A stretch of DNA of 33,561 nt from Actinobacteria bacterium UBA5182 (GTDB lineage Bacteria > Actinomycetota > UBA4738), in contig DHWM01000197.1 in the NCBI GenBank assembly GCA_002413185.1, positions 2,081-35,641 on the forward strand. The letters are read 5' to 3'. Both the position numbers and the translations under genes were made by a program. The notes below the pieces were generated by a model, which worked only from the letters and a program-made list of their open reading frames with translations, did no database searches and had not been told where the DNA came from. Shown here one piece after another: positions 16,800-25,792 of this stretch (position 1 is the stretch's first letter; each line of letters opens with the position of its first letter).

Positions 16800-17028
16800 C
16801 AACGGCGGGAGCCCATCTCGAGGGCATAACCGTGACCTCGCCCGAAGGTTCGGGCCAGCTCTTCCACGAGCGCGTTCCGCCGCTGCGATACTCGCCTCCG
16901 GTTCGCCAGGACGTTGTCTCTCGAGCACATGTCGGCGCCTCGGCCGATCTTTCATCGGTCGGTGGAACGGATCGCTCTCGACGCCGTCGCGGTTCGGATT
17001 CGGACCGATCAACGTGCTGCTTGACGGC

Positions 17029-17934
17029 TCAGGGGTCCACACCCGACATCGTGGCCAGGACCTCGAAGAGCACCGCGAAGTCCTTCCTCTCCCAACCGAG
17101 GGCTCGAGCCGCGGTGAGCAACTGGTTCGCGGTCGCGGTGGTGGGGAGAGGGACGTCCAGCTGGCGTCCCATCTCCAGGGCCACCAGGAGATCCTTCTGC
17201 ATCATGTTCACGTCGAACCAGGCCTCGTCGGGCTGCCCCAGCACGAACGGCCCCCGGTACTTGATCATCGGAGAGGCGATCACGCTGTTCAGCAGGACGT
17301 GGACCGCGGTCTCGCGACTGATACCGCTCCGCTCGGCGAGCAGCACCCCCTCGCTGAAGGCGAGCATCTGCACGGCGAGGCTGAGGTTCGTCGCGATCTT
17401 CATGGCTACCGCCTGCCCGTTGGGCCCGACGTGGGTGACGGTTGGTCCGATGTCTCGCAGGACCGGCAGCACCTGCTCGACGGTCCTCGCGTCACCGCCG
17501 ACCATGATGGAGAGCTTCCCTTCCTCGAGGGTGGCGACGCTGCCCGACACCGGGGCGTCGAGCATGCTCGCCCCGGCGGCGTCCACCTTCGCCGCGAGCG
17601 CCCGGCTCGCCTCCGGGCTGATGGAGCTCATGTCCACGTACACCTTGCCCGGCGAGAGGCCGGCGACCAGCCCATCGGGTCCCTCCGTGACGGCCTGCAG
17701 GGCGGCGGTGTCGGTAACCATGCTGAAAACGACGTCGGCGGACTCGGCCACGGCTCTGGGCGTGTCGGCCCACCCCATCCCGGCGGCGACGAGCCAGTCC
17801 GCCTTGGAGCGGGTGCGATTGTGGCCCGTCACGTCGTGTCCCGCGTCCAGGAGGCGCTTGGCGATTCGGCCGCCCATGACTCCCAAGCCCACGAAACCCA
17901 GATTGGCCACCGCCGCTCCTCTCTTGGCGCTCAT
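17029..17934 (-). CDS. beta-hydroxyacid dehydrogenase (3-hydroxyisobutyrate dehydrogenase / tartronate-semialdehyde reductase family)
   Basis: The 301-aa ORF carries NLGFVGLGVMGGRIAKRLLDAGHDVTGHNRT, DAPVSGS and MKIATNL motifs. ATG 17934 overlaps the livF stop (ATGA). Confidence 0.88.
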   Translation of the reverse strand: MSAKRGAAVANLGFVGLGVMGGRIAKRLLDAGHDVTGHNRTRSKADWLVAAGMGWADTPRAVAESADVVFSMVTDTAALQAVTEGPDGLVAGLSPGKVYVDMSSISPEASRALAAKVDAAGASMLDAPVSGSVATLEEGKLSIMVGGDARTVEQVLPVLRDIGPTVTHVGPNGQAVAMKIATNLSLAVQMLAFSEGVLLAERSGISRETAVHVLLNSVIASPMIKYRGPFVLGQPDEAWFDVNMMQKDLLVALEMGRQLDVPLPTTATANQLLTAARALGWERKDFAVLFEVLATMSGVDP

Positions 17935-18665
17935 CCTCGGTTCGCCGGCGCCGCGCCCAAAAAGAGGCGCGCCACCTCCGGATCCGCCAGCAAGCTCGAT
18001 CCCGTCCCCTCCAGCCGAACCCTTCCCGACTCCATCACCGCCCCGTGATGGGCGATGGCGAGCCCCGATCGGGCGTTCTGCTCGACCAGGAGCACCGTCC
18101 GGCCGCCTTCGTTGATCTCGGTGATGGTGTGGAACACCAGCTGCCGGGCCCTGGGATCGAGGCCGGTCGACGGCTCGTCCATCAACACCAGCACCGGGTC
18201 GAGCATCAACGCCCTCGCGATCTCGACGATCTTCTGCTCTCCACCGGACAGGGATCCCGCTCGCTCGTGGCGACGGTTTGCGACGATGGGGAATCGGTCC
18301 GCGATGTGCTCGATTCGCCTCCGGACCACCGCGCGGTCTCTCAGGACGAATCCACCCATCAACACGTTGTCCCAGACCGACATCGACGGGAACAGGCTTC
18401 GCTCCTGGGGGACGTGGACCACACCGTGGCTCAGGACGGCCTGCGGGCTCAGCCCCCCGATGTCGCGGCCCAGCAGGGTGATCCGGCCCCTTTTCGGTCG
18501 GAGCAGTCCACTCACCGTCTTCAGCACGGTGGATTTCCCCGCCCCGTTCGGCCCGATCAGGCAGGTGACCGCGCCCTCCTCCACGGTGAGGTCGACGCCG
18601 TGGAGCACGTCGCCCCGGCCGTAGCCGGCAACGACGCCCTGCAGACGGAGCAGCGCGGTCCCCAT
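17931..18665 (-). CDS. livF: branched-chain-amino-acid-type ABC transporter ATP-binding protein (LivF-like)
   Basis: The 244-aa tail of ORF 17931..19331 has Walker A GPNGAGKST, signature LSGGEQ and Walker B LVLMDEPS. ATG 18665 shares 1 nt with the livG stop (TGATG). Confidence 0.9.
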   Translation of the reverse strand: MGTALLRLQGVVAGYGRGDVLHGVDLTVEEGAVTCLIGPNGAGKSTVLKTVSGLLRPKRGRITLLGRDIGGLSPQAVLSHGVVHVPQERSLFPSMSVWDNVLMGGFVLRDRAVVRRRIEHIADRFPIVANRRHERAGSLSGGEQKIVEIARALMLDPVLVLMDEPSTGLDPRARQLVFHTITEINEGGRTVLLVEQNARSGLAIAHHGAVMESGRVRLEGTGSSLLADPEVARLFLGAAPANRG

Positions 18666-19396
18666 CAGGTTCCCAGGTAGGCGTCCAGCACGAGGGGGTC
18701 TCGCTGCACCTCGGCCGGCCGCCCCTCCGCCAGCTTCGCGCCGTGGTCGAGCACGATGACCGGGTCGCACAGGCGCATGACGAGGTTCATCTCGTGCTCC
18801 ACTACCAGGAACGTGATCCCCTGGCGATGGAGGTCCCGGATGTGCTGTTCCATCGTCTCCACCATCACGGGATTCACCCCGGCGGTGGGTTCGTCCAGCA
18901 GCACGAGCTTGGGCCGGCCCATGAGGACGGCGGCGAACTCCAGGAGCTTCTGCTGGCCGAAGGAAAGCTCCCGCGCCTTGTTGCCCATGAGGTCCCCGAG
19001 GCGGAAGTCGGCGAGCACCTCCTCTGCCCGCCGTCGGTCGGTCGGAGGGACGTCTCGTCCGAGGAGGGCCCACCACGGCCGGTTCGCGGCGACGGCCAGG
19101 TTTTCCACCAGCGTCAGCTCCCGGAAGACTCGCGGCTGCTGGAACGTTCGGCTGAGGCCGGCCCGGTAGAAGCGGGCGGGGTCGGGCCTCGAGGCGCGGC
19201 GACCGTCGAAGGAGACCGCCCCGGCGTCCGGCCGGAGGTATCCGGTGACCATGTTGAAGACGGTGGTCTTCCCCGAGCCGTTCGGGCCGATGAGCGCGGT
19301 GATGGAGCCGGCCGACACCTCGAACGTGCACCCGTCAACCGCGGTGACGCCACCGAAGCGCTTGGTGAGGGCCCTCACCTCGAGGAGCGCGCTCAC
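18665..19396 (-). CDS. livG: ABC transporter ATP-binding protein (LivG-like)
   Basis: Starting from GTG 19396: VSALLEVRALTKRFGGVTAVDG..., GPNGSGKTT, LSFGQQK, LVLLDEPTAG. A GTGA overlaps the livM stop. Confidence 0.9.
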   Translation of the reverse strand: MSALLEVRALTKRFGGVTAVDGCTFEVSAGSITALIGPNGSGKTTVFNMVTGYLRPDAGAVSFDGRRASRPDPARFYRAGLSRTFQQPRVFRELTLVENLAVAANRPWWALLGRDVPPTDRRRAEEVLADFRLGDLMGNKARELSFGQQKLLEFAAVLMGRPKLVLLDEPTAGVNPVMVETMEQHIRDLHRQGITFLVVEHEMNLVMRLCDPVIVLDHGAKLAEGRPAEVQRDPLVLDAYLGT

Positions 19397-20406
19397 GAGG
19401 CGATCTCCTCTCGGGCCGAACCGACGGGCAGCCGGGGAGTGGTTCGCCCGTCCCGCCGCCGCGCCACCATGTCGGCGATCGAGGGCAGGATCCCTCGCGG
19501 CAGCAGCAGGATGATCGCCAGGAACACCGCCGCGTACGCGATCAGGTACAGCTCGCTCGCCCCGTACCGGTACGCCAGCCACTGTTGGGCCGGAACCAGG
19601 ATGAACGCCCCGAGCACCGGACCCCACACCGTTCCCGCTCCGCCGAGGAACACCGGCAGCAGCGATCCGATCATGACGAGCGGGTCGATGGCGAACTGTG
19701 GATAGACGTAGCCGATGTAGTAGGCCCACACGGCGCCGATCATCGCGGTCATGCCGACGCTCACGGCGAACGTGAAGACCTTCGCCTCCGTGGCCCGCAC
19801 GCCGACGCCTCTTGCCTTGTCCTCGTCGTCCCTGATGGCGAACAGCATCAGCCCGAGGCGATCCCGCCGGACGTGCCACGTGACCAGCGTGGCCAGGGCG
19901 AAGATCGCCAGAAGGGCCAGATAGAACGGCCGCTCGTACAGAGAGAACGTGGGACTCGGCACCGATACGCCCTGCGAGCCGTGGGTGAGGCCGCGCAGGT
20001 TGAACGCAAGCTGCTGCACCACGAACAAGAGCGTCAGCGTGACGATGGCGAAGGTCATGTGGCGGGTTCGCAGCGCGACCCACGCCACGGGCACGCTGGT
20101 GAGCGCGACGGCGATCCCGATCGCGGGCAGCACCAGGAGGGGCAGGAACCCGCGGGAGCCGATCCCGATGTGGCTGAACAGGATGGCTTCGGAATAGGCG
20201 CCGAGCCCGAAGAAGGCCACGTGGCCGAGCGAGATGTATCCGGAGTAGCCGCCCAGGAGGTTCCAGGCCTGTGCCAGCCCCGCGTACATGAGCACGAAGA
20301 ACGCCATGTTCAGCACCCAGTGCTGCGAGAACACGAACGGGAAGGCCACGAGCGCGCACATCACGACCCCCCCGCGGGCCAGGCCGGCAGCCGACAGGCG
20401 ATTCAC
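19393..20406 (-). CDS. livM: ABC transporter permease (LivM-like)
   Basis: Starting from GTG 20406, this is a hydrophobic 337-aa protein with NLLGGYSGYISLGHVAFFGLGAY and IRDDEDKARGVGV motifs. A GTGA overlaps the livH stop. Confidence 0.88.
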   Translation of the reverse strand: MNRLSAAGLARGGVVMCALVAFPFVFSQHWVLNMAFFVLMYAGLAQAWNLLGGYSGYISLGHVAFFGLGAYSEAILFSHIGIGSRGFLPLLVLPAIGIAVALTSVPVAWVALRTRHMTFAIVTLTLLFVVQQLAFNLRGLTHGSQGVSVPSPTFSLYERPFYLALLAIFALATLVTWHVRRDRLGLMLFAIRDDEDKARGVGVRATEAKVFTFAVSVGMTAMIGAVWAYYIGYVYPQFAIDPLVMIGSLLPVFLGGAGTVWGPVLGAFILVPAQQWLAYRYGASELYLIAYAAVFLAIILLLPRGILPSIADMVARRRDGRTTPRLPVGSAREEIAS

Positions 20407-21296
20407 AGCGCCCCCCGCTCCCGGACCCCGAACAGCCCCTGCGGGCGGAACACCAGGATCACGATGAGCACGATGAAGAAGACGAACGACGACCACGACG
20501 GGGAGATCATGACCGCCACGACCGACTCCCCGACCCCGAGAAGGAGGGCGGCGACGACCGCCCCGCCGAGGCTGCCCAGGCCGCCGAGCACGACGATGGA
20601 CAGGAGCCGGGAGATGAGGTCGTAATGGCTCCCCGGGTTGAACGGGTAGATGATCCCGAAGACGGCGCCGGCCGCGGCGGCGGTGGAGATGCCGATGCCG
20701 AAGCCGAGGGCGGATACCCGGTCGGCGTCGACCCCCAGGAGCTTCGCCGACGTCGGATTCTGCACGGTGGCCCGAACGGAGCGGCCGAACCTGGTCCGAG
20801 CGAGCAGCAGCGAGAGCGCGCTCAGGATCACCACGGAGATGACGAAGCCGAAGACTCGCACTTCCGCGACCCGGTAGCCCAGGATGATCCAGGACCTCTG
20901 GGCGTAGCCGGGGATGGTCGAACGCAGGTTGGTGGTGTAGGTGACCGACAGGACGCCCTCGATTGCCAGGGCCGTGGCCCACGTCACCAGAAGGGACATC
21001 TCCTCGCCGCTCTCGGCACGTAGCGCCCGGATGAACACGCGATGGATGCCAACACCGAGCGCGAACATCACCGGAGCGATCAACAGGATCGACAGCAATG
21101 GATCGATCCCCACCGAGCTGAACAGGGTGTAGCTGAGGTAGGCGCCCAGGATCACCATGGCTCCCTGCGCGACGTTGATGACTCGCATGATCCCGAAGAC
21201 GAGGGTCAGGCCGCTCGCCATGAGCGCGTACACCCCGCCGATCAGGATCCCGAGGATGACGGCTTGGACGAGAAGGTGCATCAGGTTCTCGGACAC
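20403..21296 (-). CDS. livH: ABC transporter permease (LivH-like)
   Basis: The 297-aa ORF begins (M)SENLMHLLVQAVILGILIGGVYALMASGLTLVFGIMRVINVAQGA. The start is GTG, preceded by AAGGGGGAG. Confidence 0.9.
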   Translation of the reverse strand: MSENLMHLLVQAVILGILIGGVYALMASGLTLVFGIMRVINVAQGAMVILGAYLSYTLFSSVGIDPLLSILLIAPVMFALGVGIHRVFIRALRAESGEEMSLLVTWATALAIEGVLSVTYTTNLRSTIPGYAQRSWIILGYRVAEVRVFGFVISVVILSALSLLLARTRFGRSVRATVQNPTSAKLLGVDADRVSALGFGIGISTAAAAGAVFGIIYPFNPGSHYDLISRLLSIVVLGGLGSLGGAVVAALLLGVGESVVAVMISPSWSSFVFFIVLIVILVFRPQGLFGVRERGAL

Positions 21297-21335
21297 CTCC
21301 CCCTTATGGGTGGTGCTCGCCAGGGACTTGGCCGG

Positions 21336-22553
21336 CTAGCCCGCCCAGTTGGGCTTCGGGATCGTCGGCGCCGCAAGGGCCACCGATGCCGGGTAGACCG
21401 GCACCAGCTTGCCGCCGATCCACTCCACCAACAGGTCCTGGCCCTGGGGCTCTCCTACTGAGTTCCACGAGAGGTTCCCCTCCACGCTGGCCCACGAGCC
21501 CTGGTGCAGCGCGGCGATGATCTTCCCGTTGTCGAGCGACCCGACCTTCGACACCACCGCCTGGAGGATCTGGCCGCATGCGTAGGCCTCGGCGGACGTC
21601 GAGTCGATCGGGCCGGGCCCGTACGCCGCGTGATACGCGGCCACGAACTCCGCGTTGCCCGGCGACTTCTCGTCCTCGAACCAGTCACCGGCGCCGAAGA
21701 CGCCGTTCACGTTGCTCGCCCCGATCTTGTCGGGGAAGTTCACCGGGTCGTTCGATCCGTTGGAGAGGAACAGGAACTTCGGGCTGAACTTTTCGCTGAT
21801 CATGGCCTTCACCAGCCCGAAGGCGTCCGCGACCTGAGTTCCACCCACCACGATGTCGGGGCTCGCGTGGGCCAGCTTGGTGACGATGGTGGTGAACTCG
21901 GCCGTCTCGGCCGGATAGATCTGCTTGAAGACCGTCGTGATGCCCGCCGCCTCGAACTTCTGGCGGACCGTCTCGGCGATGGGCGCGGCGAAGGGGTCGT
22001 CGAGCTCGGGATACCCGGCCGTTTTGGGCCGCTGGTCGGCGGGGAGCGACAGGATGTAGTTGGCGAACACCGTGCCGCTGTCGACGACGGGGGCCGGCTG
22101 GACGAAGAAGATGTTGTGCAGGTTCTCATCGAAGATGGCCGGGCCGCCGCCCGCCGGTTCGATGAACGCGTACCCGTACCGGTTGGCCACCTTGGCGGCC
22201 GGAGCGCTGAGCAGAGTGGAAAAGGGCCCGAACACGATGTCGACCTTGTCCTTGGTGATCAGGTTCTGGTAGTTGGTGACGACCTGGTCGGGGCTGCTCG
22301 TGTCGTCGACGATCTTGAGCTGGACCTGTCGGCCCATGATGCCCCCGTGCGCGTCGACGGTCTTGGCCCAGAGCTCGTAGCCCTTCTTGGCGGCCGCGCT
22401 GGGATCGGAGAAGTCGCCGCTGGCCGAGAGCGAGATCCCGATGACGATCGGCTTGGTGTTGGTGGAGTTGGTTCCTTTCGAGCTGCACGCCGCCCCGACC
22501 AGCGCGGCCAGCGCCACGAACGTCGCCACCCCGCCCCAGCGTCCTCGTGACAT
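21336..22553 (-). CDS. Liv/amide-type (PBP1) ABC substrate-binding lipoprotein
   Basis: ATG 22553 lies behind GAGAGGAGG. MSRGRWGGVATFVALAALVGAACSS carries a lipobox, followed by IVIGISLSASGDFSDPSAAAKKGYELW..., typical of the family. Confidence 0.88.
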   Translation of the reverse strand: MSRGRWGGVATFVALAALVGAACSSKGTNSTNTKPIVIGISLSASGDFSDPSAAAKKGYELWAKTVDAHGGIMGRQVQLKIVDDTSSPDQVVTNYQNLITKDKVDIVFGPFSTLLSAPAAKVANRYGYAFIEPAGGGPAIFDENLHNIFFVQPAPVVDSGTVFANYILSLPADQRPKTAGYPELDDPFAAPIAETVRQKFEAAGITTVFKQIYPAETAEFTTIVTKLAHASPDIVVGGTQVADAFGLVKAMISEKFSPKFLFLSNGSNDPVNFPDKIGASNVNGVFGAGDWFEDEKSPGNAEFVAAYHAAYGPGPIDSTSAEAYACGQILQAVVSKVGSLDNGKIIAALHQGSWASVEGNLSWNSVGEPQGQDLLVEWIGGKLVPVYPASVALAAPTIPKPNWAG

Positions 22554-22597
22554 CACGCCTCCTCTCGCCCCCGGCCATAACCGATCCGGCCCAGGCC

Positions 22598-22611
22598 TGC
22601 AAACCTTTGCA
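22598..22611. promoter_or_regulatory. LacI-family operator candidate O2 (TGCAAACCTTTGCA)
   Basis: The site has perfect 6+6 arms, extendable to CCTGCAAA/TTTGCAGG (22596-22613). It lies between the lacI-like stop (22650) and the binding-protein start (22553). Confidence 0.65.
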
Positions 22612-22649
22612 GGACCGCGCCGCATGCTAGGCAGCAGGATCGTTCGAAG

Positions 22650-23684
22650 TCAAACCGGCGGGCCGGACGGCGGAAGCCGTGGGGGCCTGGTCGAGCCCCG
22701 GACCACCAGCTCGGGCGCGATCAGGATGGTCTCGGGATGCTGATCCGGGTTCTCGATCCGGCTCAGGAGCAGTTGGGCGGCACGGCGGCCGATCTCGTAT
22801 TCGGGGATCCTCACCGTCGTCAGTGGCGGCCTGAATCTGTCCACGAACGGCATGTCGTTGAACCCGACCACGGAGAGGTCCTCGGGGCATCGACGGCCGC
22901 TCTCCTCTGCCGCCTCGATCGTCCCCAGCGCGATCAGATCGTTCGCTGCCACGACGGCGGTGAGGTCGGGGTTCCGGGAGAGGAGCGTGCGGGCGGCCTC
23001 GCGTCCGGCGATCTCGGCGAACGCCTCCGACCGGACCATGGGTCCGGCCGGTAGCCCCAGCAGGTTCGATGCCTCGGCGAACCCCGCCGCGCGCCGGGCC
23101 CCCGTGGAGGTGTCGGCGGGCCCCCCGACGTGGCCGATCCGGCGGTGTCCTTGCTGGTGGAGGTGCTCGACGGCCAGCATCATCCCGGCGTGGTCGTCTG
23201 GGATGACGGCCGCCACCCCGCCCCGGTCGATCGTTCGGTTCACCAACACCAGAGGGGCCTGTCGCCCCCGCAGCTCCTCCACCAGCGGATCCCGGCGGCG
23301 GGCCATGGCCAGGAGCAGCCCGTCCACTTGGCGCTCGAGCATCGCGGCGACGTGGCGGCGCTCCTTGCCGTCGTCGTTGTCCGTATTGCCCAGGAACAGG
23401 GTGTATCCGCTCTCGGCGAGGCAGTCTTCCGCCCCGCGCACGATGGGCGGGAAGAACGGGTTGGTGATGTCCGGAACGAGCATCCCGATGATGAACGATC
23501 GGTTCAGCTTCAGCCCTCGCGCCATCCTGTTGACGCGGTAGCCGAGGTCGGACGCGGCCTGCCGGACCCGCTCCACCGTCTCCGCCCGGACCATGGTCGA
23601 ACGGCTGTCATCGAGCGCCCTGGAGGCCGTCGCCACGTGGACACCCGCGGCCTCGGCGACGTCCTTCAGGCGCGGCGTCCTCAC
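22650..23684 (-). CDS. LacI-family transcriptional regulator
   Basis: GTG 23684 lies behind GGGGAGA. (M)RTPRLKDVAEAAGVHVATASRALDDS... is the HTH, followed by a periplasmic-binding-protein-like effector domain (GYTLFLGNTDND, VVAANDLIALG, VVGFND). Confidence 0.9.
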   Translation of the reverse strand: MRTPRLKDVAEAAGVHVATASRALDDSRSTMVRAETVERVRQAASDLGYRVNRMARGLKLNRSFIIGMLVPDITNPFFPPIVRGAEDCLAESGYTLFLGNTDNDDGKERRHVAAMLERQVDGLLLAMARRRDPLVEELRGRQAPLVLVNRTIDRGGVAAVIPDDHAGMMLAVEHLHQQGHRRIGHVGGPADTSTGARRAAGFAEASNLLGLPAGPMVRSEAFAEIAGREAARTLLSRNPDLTAVVAANDLIALGTIEAAEESGRRCPEDLSVVGFNDMPFVDRFRPPLTTVRIPEYEIGRRAAQLLLSRIENPDQHPETILIAPELVVRGSTRPPRLPPSGPPV

Positions 23685-23725
23685 GGCAGGAGTCTCCCCG
23701 CGGACGCCACATCGCCCGTCATCGT

Positions 23726-23739
23726 TGCAAGCGATTGCA
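23726..23739. promoter_or_regulatory. LacI-family operator candidate O1 (TGCAAGCGATTGCA)
   Basis: 12 of 14 positions are self-complementary and the centre is the canonical CG. It lies 42 nt upstream of the lacI-like GTG and downstream of the E1-beta stop (23772). Confidence 0.65.
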
Positions 23740-23771
23740 CCGTCGCTACCGCCCCGTCTCCCCGCAGCCCG

Positions 23772-24746
23772 CTATCCCAGGTTCGCCCGGATGGTCTCGA
23801 CGATGCGGGCGACCGATGGCACGGCCGCGTCCTCCAAGGCGTCGGCCGCCGGCACCGGGACGTGTGGGGTCGTGATCCGGATCGGCGCGGCATCCAGATC
23901 GTCGAAGCACTCCTCCGCGACGATCGAGACCAACTCGGCACCCCATCCGCACAGCCGGGGGTTCTCCTCGACCGTCACCAGGCGGCTGGTCCTGCGTACC
24001 GAGTCGAGTATCGTCGCGGTATCGAGCGGGACCAGCGACCGGACATCGATCACCTCGGCCGAGACGCCCTCCTCGGCCAGGCGCCCCGCAGCCTCCACCG
24101 CGCGCGGGACCATGGGTCCCAGGGCGGCGATCGTGAGGTCCTCGCCCACCCGAAGGACCGCCGCCCTCCCCAGCTCCTCGACGTGCTCGCCGTCGGGGAC
24201 CTCGCCCTTGACCGCGTACAGCGACTTGGCCTCGAACACGATGACCGGATCGGGGTCGCGAACGGCGGCGGCGATGAGTCCCTTGACGTCGGCGGGCGTG
24301 GTCGGTGCCACCACCTTCAGGCCGGGAACGGCCATCGCCCAGTTCTCCAGGGCCTGGGAGTGCTGAGCGCCGAACCGCGAACCCGCCCCGTTCGCCGTCC
24401 GGATGACCAGCGGCATCGCCACCTGCCCGTTCGTCATATAGCGGGTCTTGGCGATCTGGTTCGCCACGATGTCCCAGCACGTGGCCAGGAAGTCCGAGAA
24501 CATGAGCTCGACGATGGGCCGCAGGCCGGTCATCGCCGCGCCCATGGCGGCGCCGACGATGGCCTCCTCGGAGATGGGGGTGTCGCGAACCCGATCCGGC
24601 CCGAACCGCTCGAGCAGGCCGACCGTGGCCTTGAACACGCCTCCCGCGGCGGCGACGTCCTCGCCGATGAAGTACACGGTCGGATCGCGCTCCATCTCCT
24701 GCGCGATGCCGGCGGCGACCGCGTCGCGATAGGTCAGTTCCGCCAC
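23772..24746 (-). CDS. alpha-ketoacid (pyruvate/acetoin-type) dehydrogenase E1 component beta subunit
   Basis: Starting from GTG 24746, with GGGAG 7 nt upstream: VAELTYRDAVAAGIAQEMERDPTVYFIGEDVAAAGGVFKAT...DTPISEEAIVGAAMGAAMTGLRPIVELMF. The 5' end overlaps the E1-alpha 3' end by 13 nt. Confidence 0.9.
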   Translation of the reverse strand: MAELTYRDAVAAGIAQEMERDPTVYFIGEDVAAAGGVFKATVGLLERFGPDRVRDTPISEEAIVGAAMGAAMTGLRPIVELMFSDFLATCWDIVANQIAKTRYMTNGQVAMPLVIRTANGAGSRFGAQHSQALENWAMAVPGLKVVAPTTPADVKGLIAAAVRDPDPVIVFEAKSLYAVKGEVPDGEHVEELGRAAVLRVGEDLTIAALGPMVPRAVEAAGRLAEEGVSAEVIDVRSLVPLDTATILDSVRRTSRLVTVEENPRLCGWGAELVSIVAEECFDDLDAAPIRITTPHVPVPAADALEDAAVPSVARIVETIRANLG

Positions 24747-25756
24747 GTCGAGCTCCCGTCGCTCCAGACGTCGGTCTCCACCAGATCGACCGGCGGCGGC
24801 GGACTGGCTTTCGCCGCCTCCGTGGCTTCGTCCACCTTCCGGAGGGCCTCGACGTCGATGTCCTGGAGCGTCGCGTCGGCGACCCCAAGCTCGGAGAGCC
24901 TGGCGCGGTACAGGGGAACCGGATCGCGCCCCATCCACGACTGGATCTCCTCGGCCGGCCGGTACTTGCCCGGATCGGCGCGCGAATGTCCACCGTGCCG
25001 GTACGTGACCGCCTCGATGAGCGACGGGCCCTGTCCGGAGCGGGCTCGGTCGATGGTCCGGACGGCCACCTCGTAGACGGCGTCGGGGTCGTTGCCGTCC
25101 ACGATGATCGGCTCCAACCCGTATGCGGACGCGCGGTCGGCGGCAGGGTTCGGCACCGCCGTCACTGACCGGATCGGCGTGTACTCCATGTAGAGGTTGT
25201 TCTCGCACACGAACACGACGGGGAGCCGCCATACCGCTCCCAAGTTCAAGGCCTCGTGGAAGGCGCCGATGTTCGTGGCCCCGTCCCCGAAGAAGCACAC
25301 GGCCACCTGCCCCGACCCCCGGGCCTGCGCCGACCAGGCCGCTCCCACGGCGATCGGGAGGTGGGCGCCGACGATGGCGTAGGACCCCATCACGCCGTGC
25401 TCGACGCTGGTGAGGTGCATCGACCCGCCCTTGCCGGCCATCAGGCCGCCCTCTCGCCCGAGGAGCTCGGCCATGACCGGCGTCATCGGAACCCCTCGGG
25501 CCAGGGTGTGAGCGTGGCCCCGGTAGGTGCAGAACGTGTAGTCGTCGGCACGCATGGCAGTGCCGAACCCGGCCGCGATGGCCTCCATGCCGAGCGAGAG
25601 GTGGCTTGTCCCCTTGACCAGGTTCTGCAGGAAGAGGTCGTACGCGCGCTTCTCGAAGGTCCGGATCTCGACGATCGACCGGTACATCGCCAAGCGTGTT
25701 TCCATGTCGATATCGCCGGCCTCGGACCGTCTCTCTCGCGTGCTCGTGTCGCCCAC
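24734..25756 (-). CDS. TPP-dependent dehydrogenase E1 component alpha subunit
   Basis: The start is GTG 25756 behind GGAGGGA. It carries YRGHAHTLARG, GKGGSMHL and the TPP motif GDGATNIGAFHEALNLGAVWRLPVVFVCENN. Confidence 0.9.
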   Translation of the reverse strand: MGDTSTRERRSEAGDIDMETRLAMYRSIVEIRTFEKRAYDLFLQNLVKGTSHLSLGMEAIAAGFGTAMRADDYTFCTYRGHAHTLARGVPMTPVMAELLGREGGLMAGKGGSMHLTSVEHGVMGSYAIVGAHLPIAVGAAWSAQARGSGQVAVCFFGDGATNIGAFHEALNLGAVWRLPVVFVCENNLYMEYTPIRSVTAVPNPAADRASAYGLEPIIVDGNDPDAVYEVAVRTIDRARSGQGPSLIEAVTYRHGGHSRADPGKYRPAEEIQSWMGRDPVPLYRARLSELGVADATLQDIDVEALRKVDEATEAAKASPPPPVDLVETDVWSDGSSTWRN

Positions 25757-25792
25757 TGTTCCCTCCGCTCGTGGATCGGCCGCCCGATCCGG

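Noticed and set aside
16800-17028. About 230-nt gap between the propeller gene and the dehydrogenase gene. It contains a small hairpin (GCCCGA-AGGT-TCGGGC, 16841-16856) and a minus-strand ORF fragment reading ...DNVLANRRRVSQRRNALVEELARTFG
   Set aside because: I could not assign the peptide to any family by eye. The hairpin is short and has no U-tract. I left it unannotated; BLASTX would settle it.
19996-20010. CGCAAGCTGCTGCA operator-like sequence inside livM
   Set aside because: It has three mismatches including the central CG, and it lies deep inside coding sequence.
25773-25790. Intercistronic hairpin GGATCGG-CCGC-CCGATCC between the M24 and E1-alpha genes
   Set aside because: The 7-bp stem sits in a 36-nt spacer. 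It could modulate mRNA stability, but nothing in the sequence distinguishes it from a chance GC-rich palindrome.
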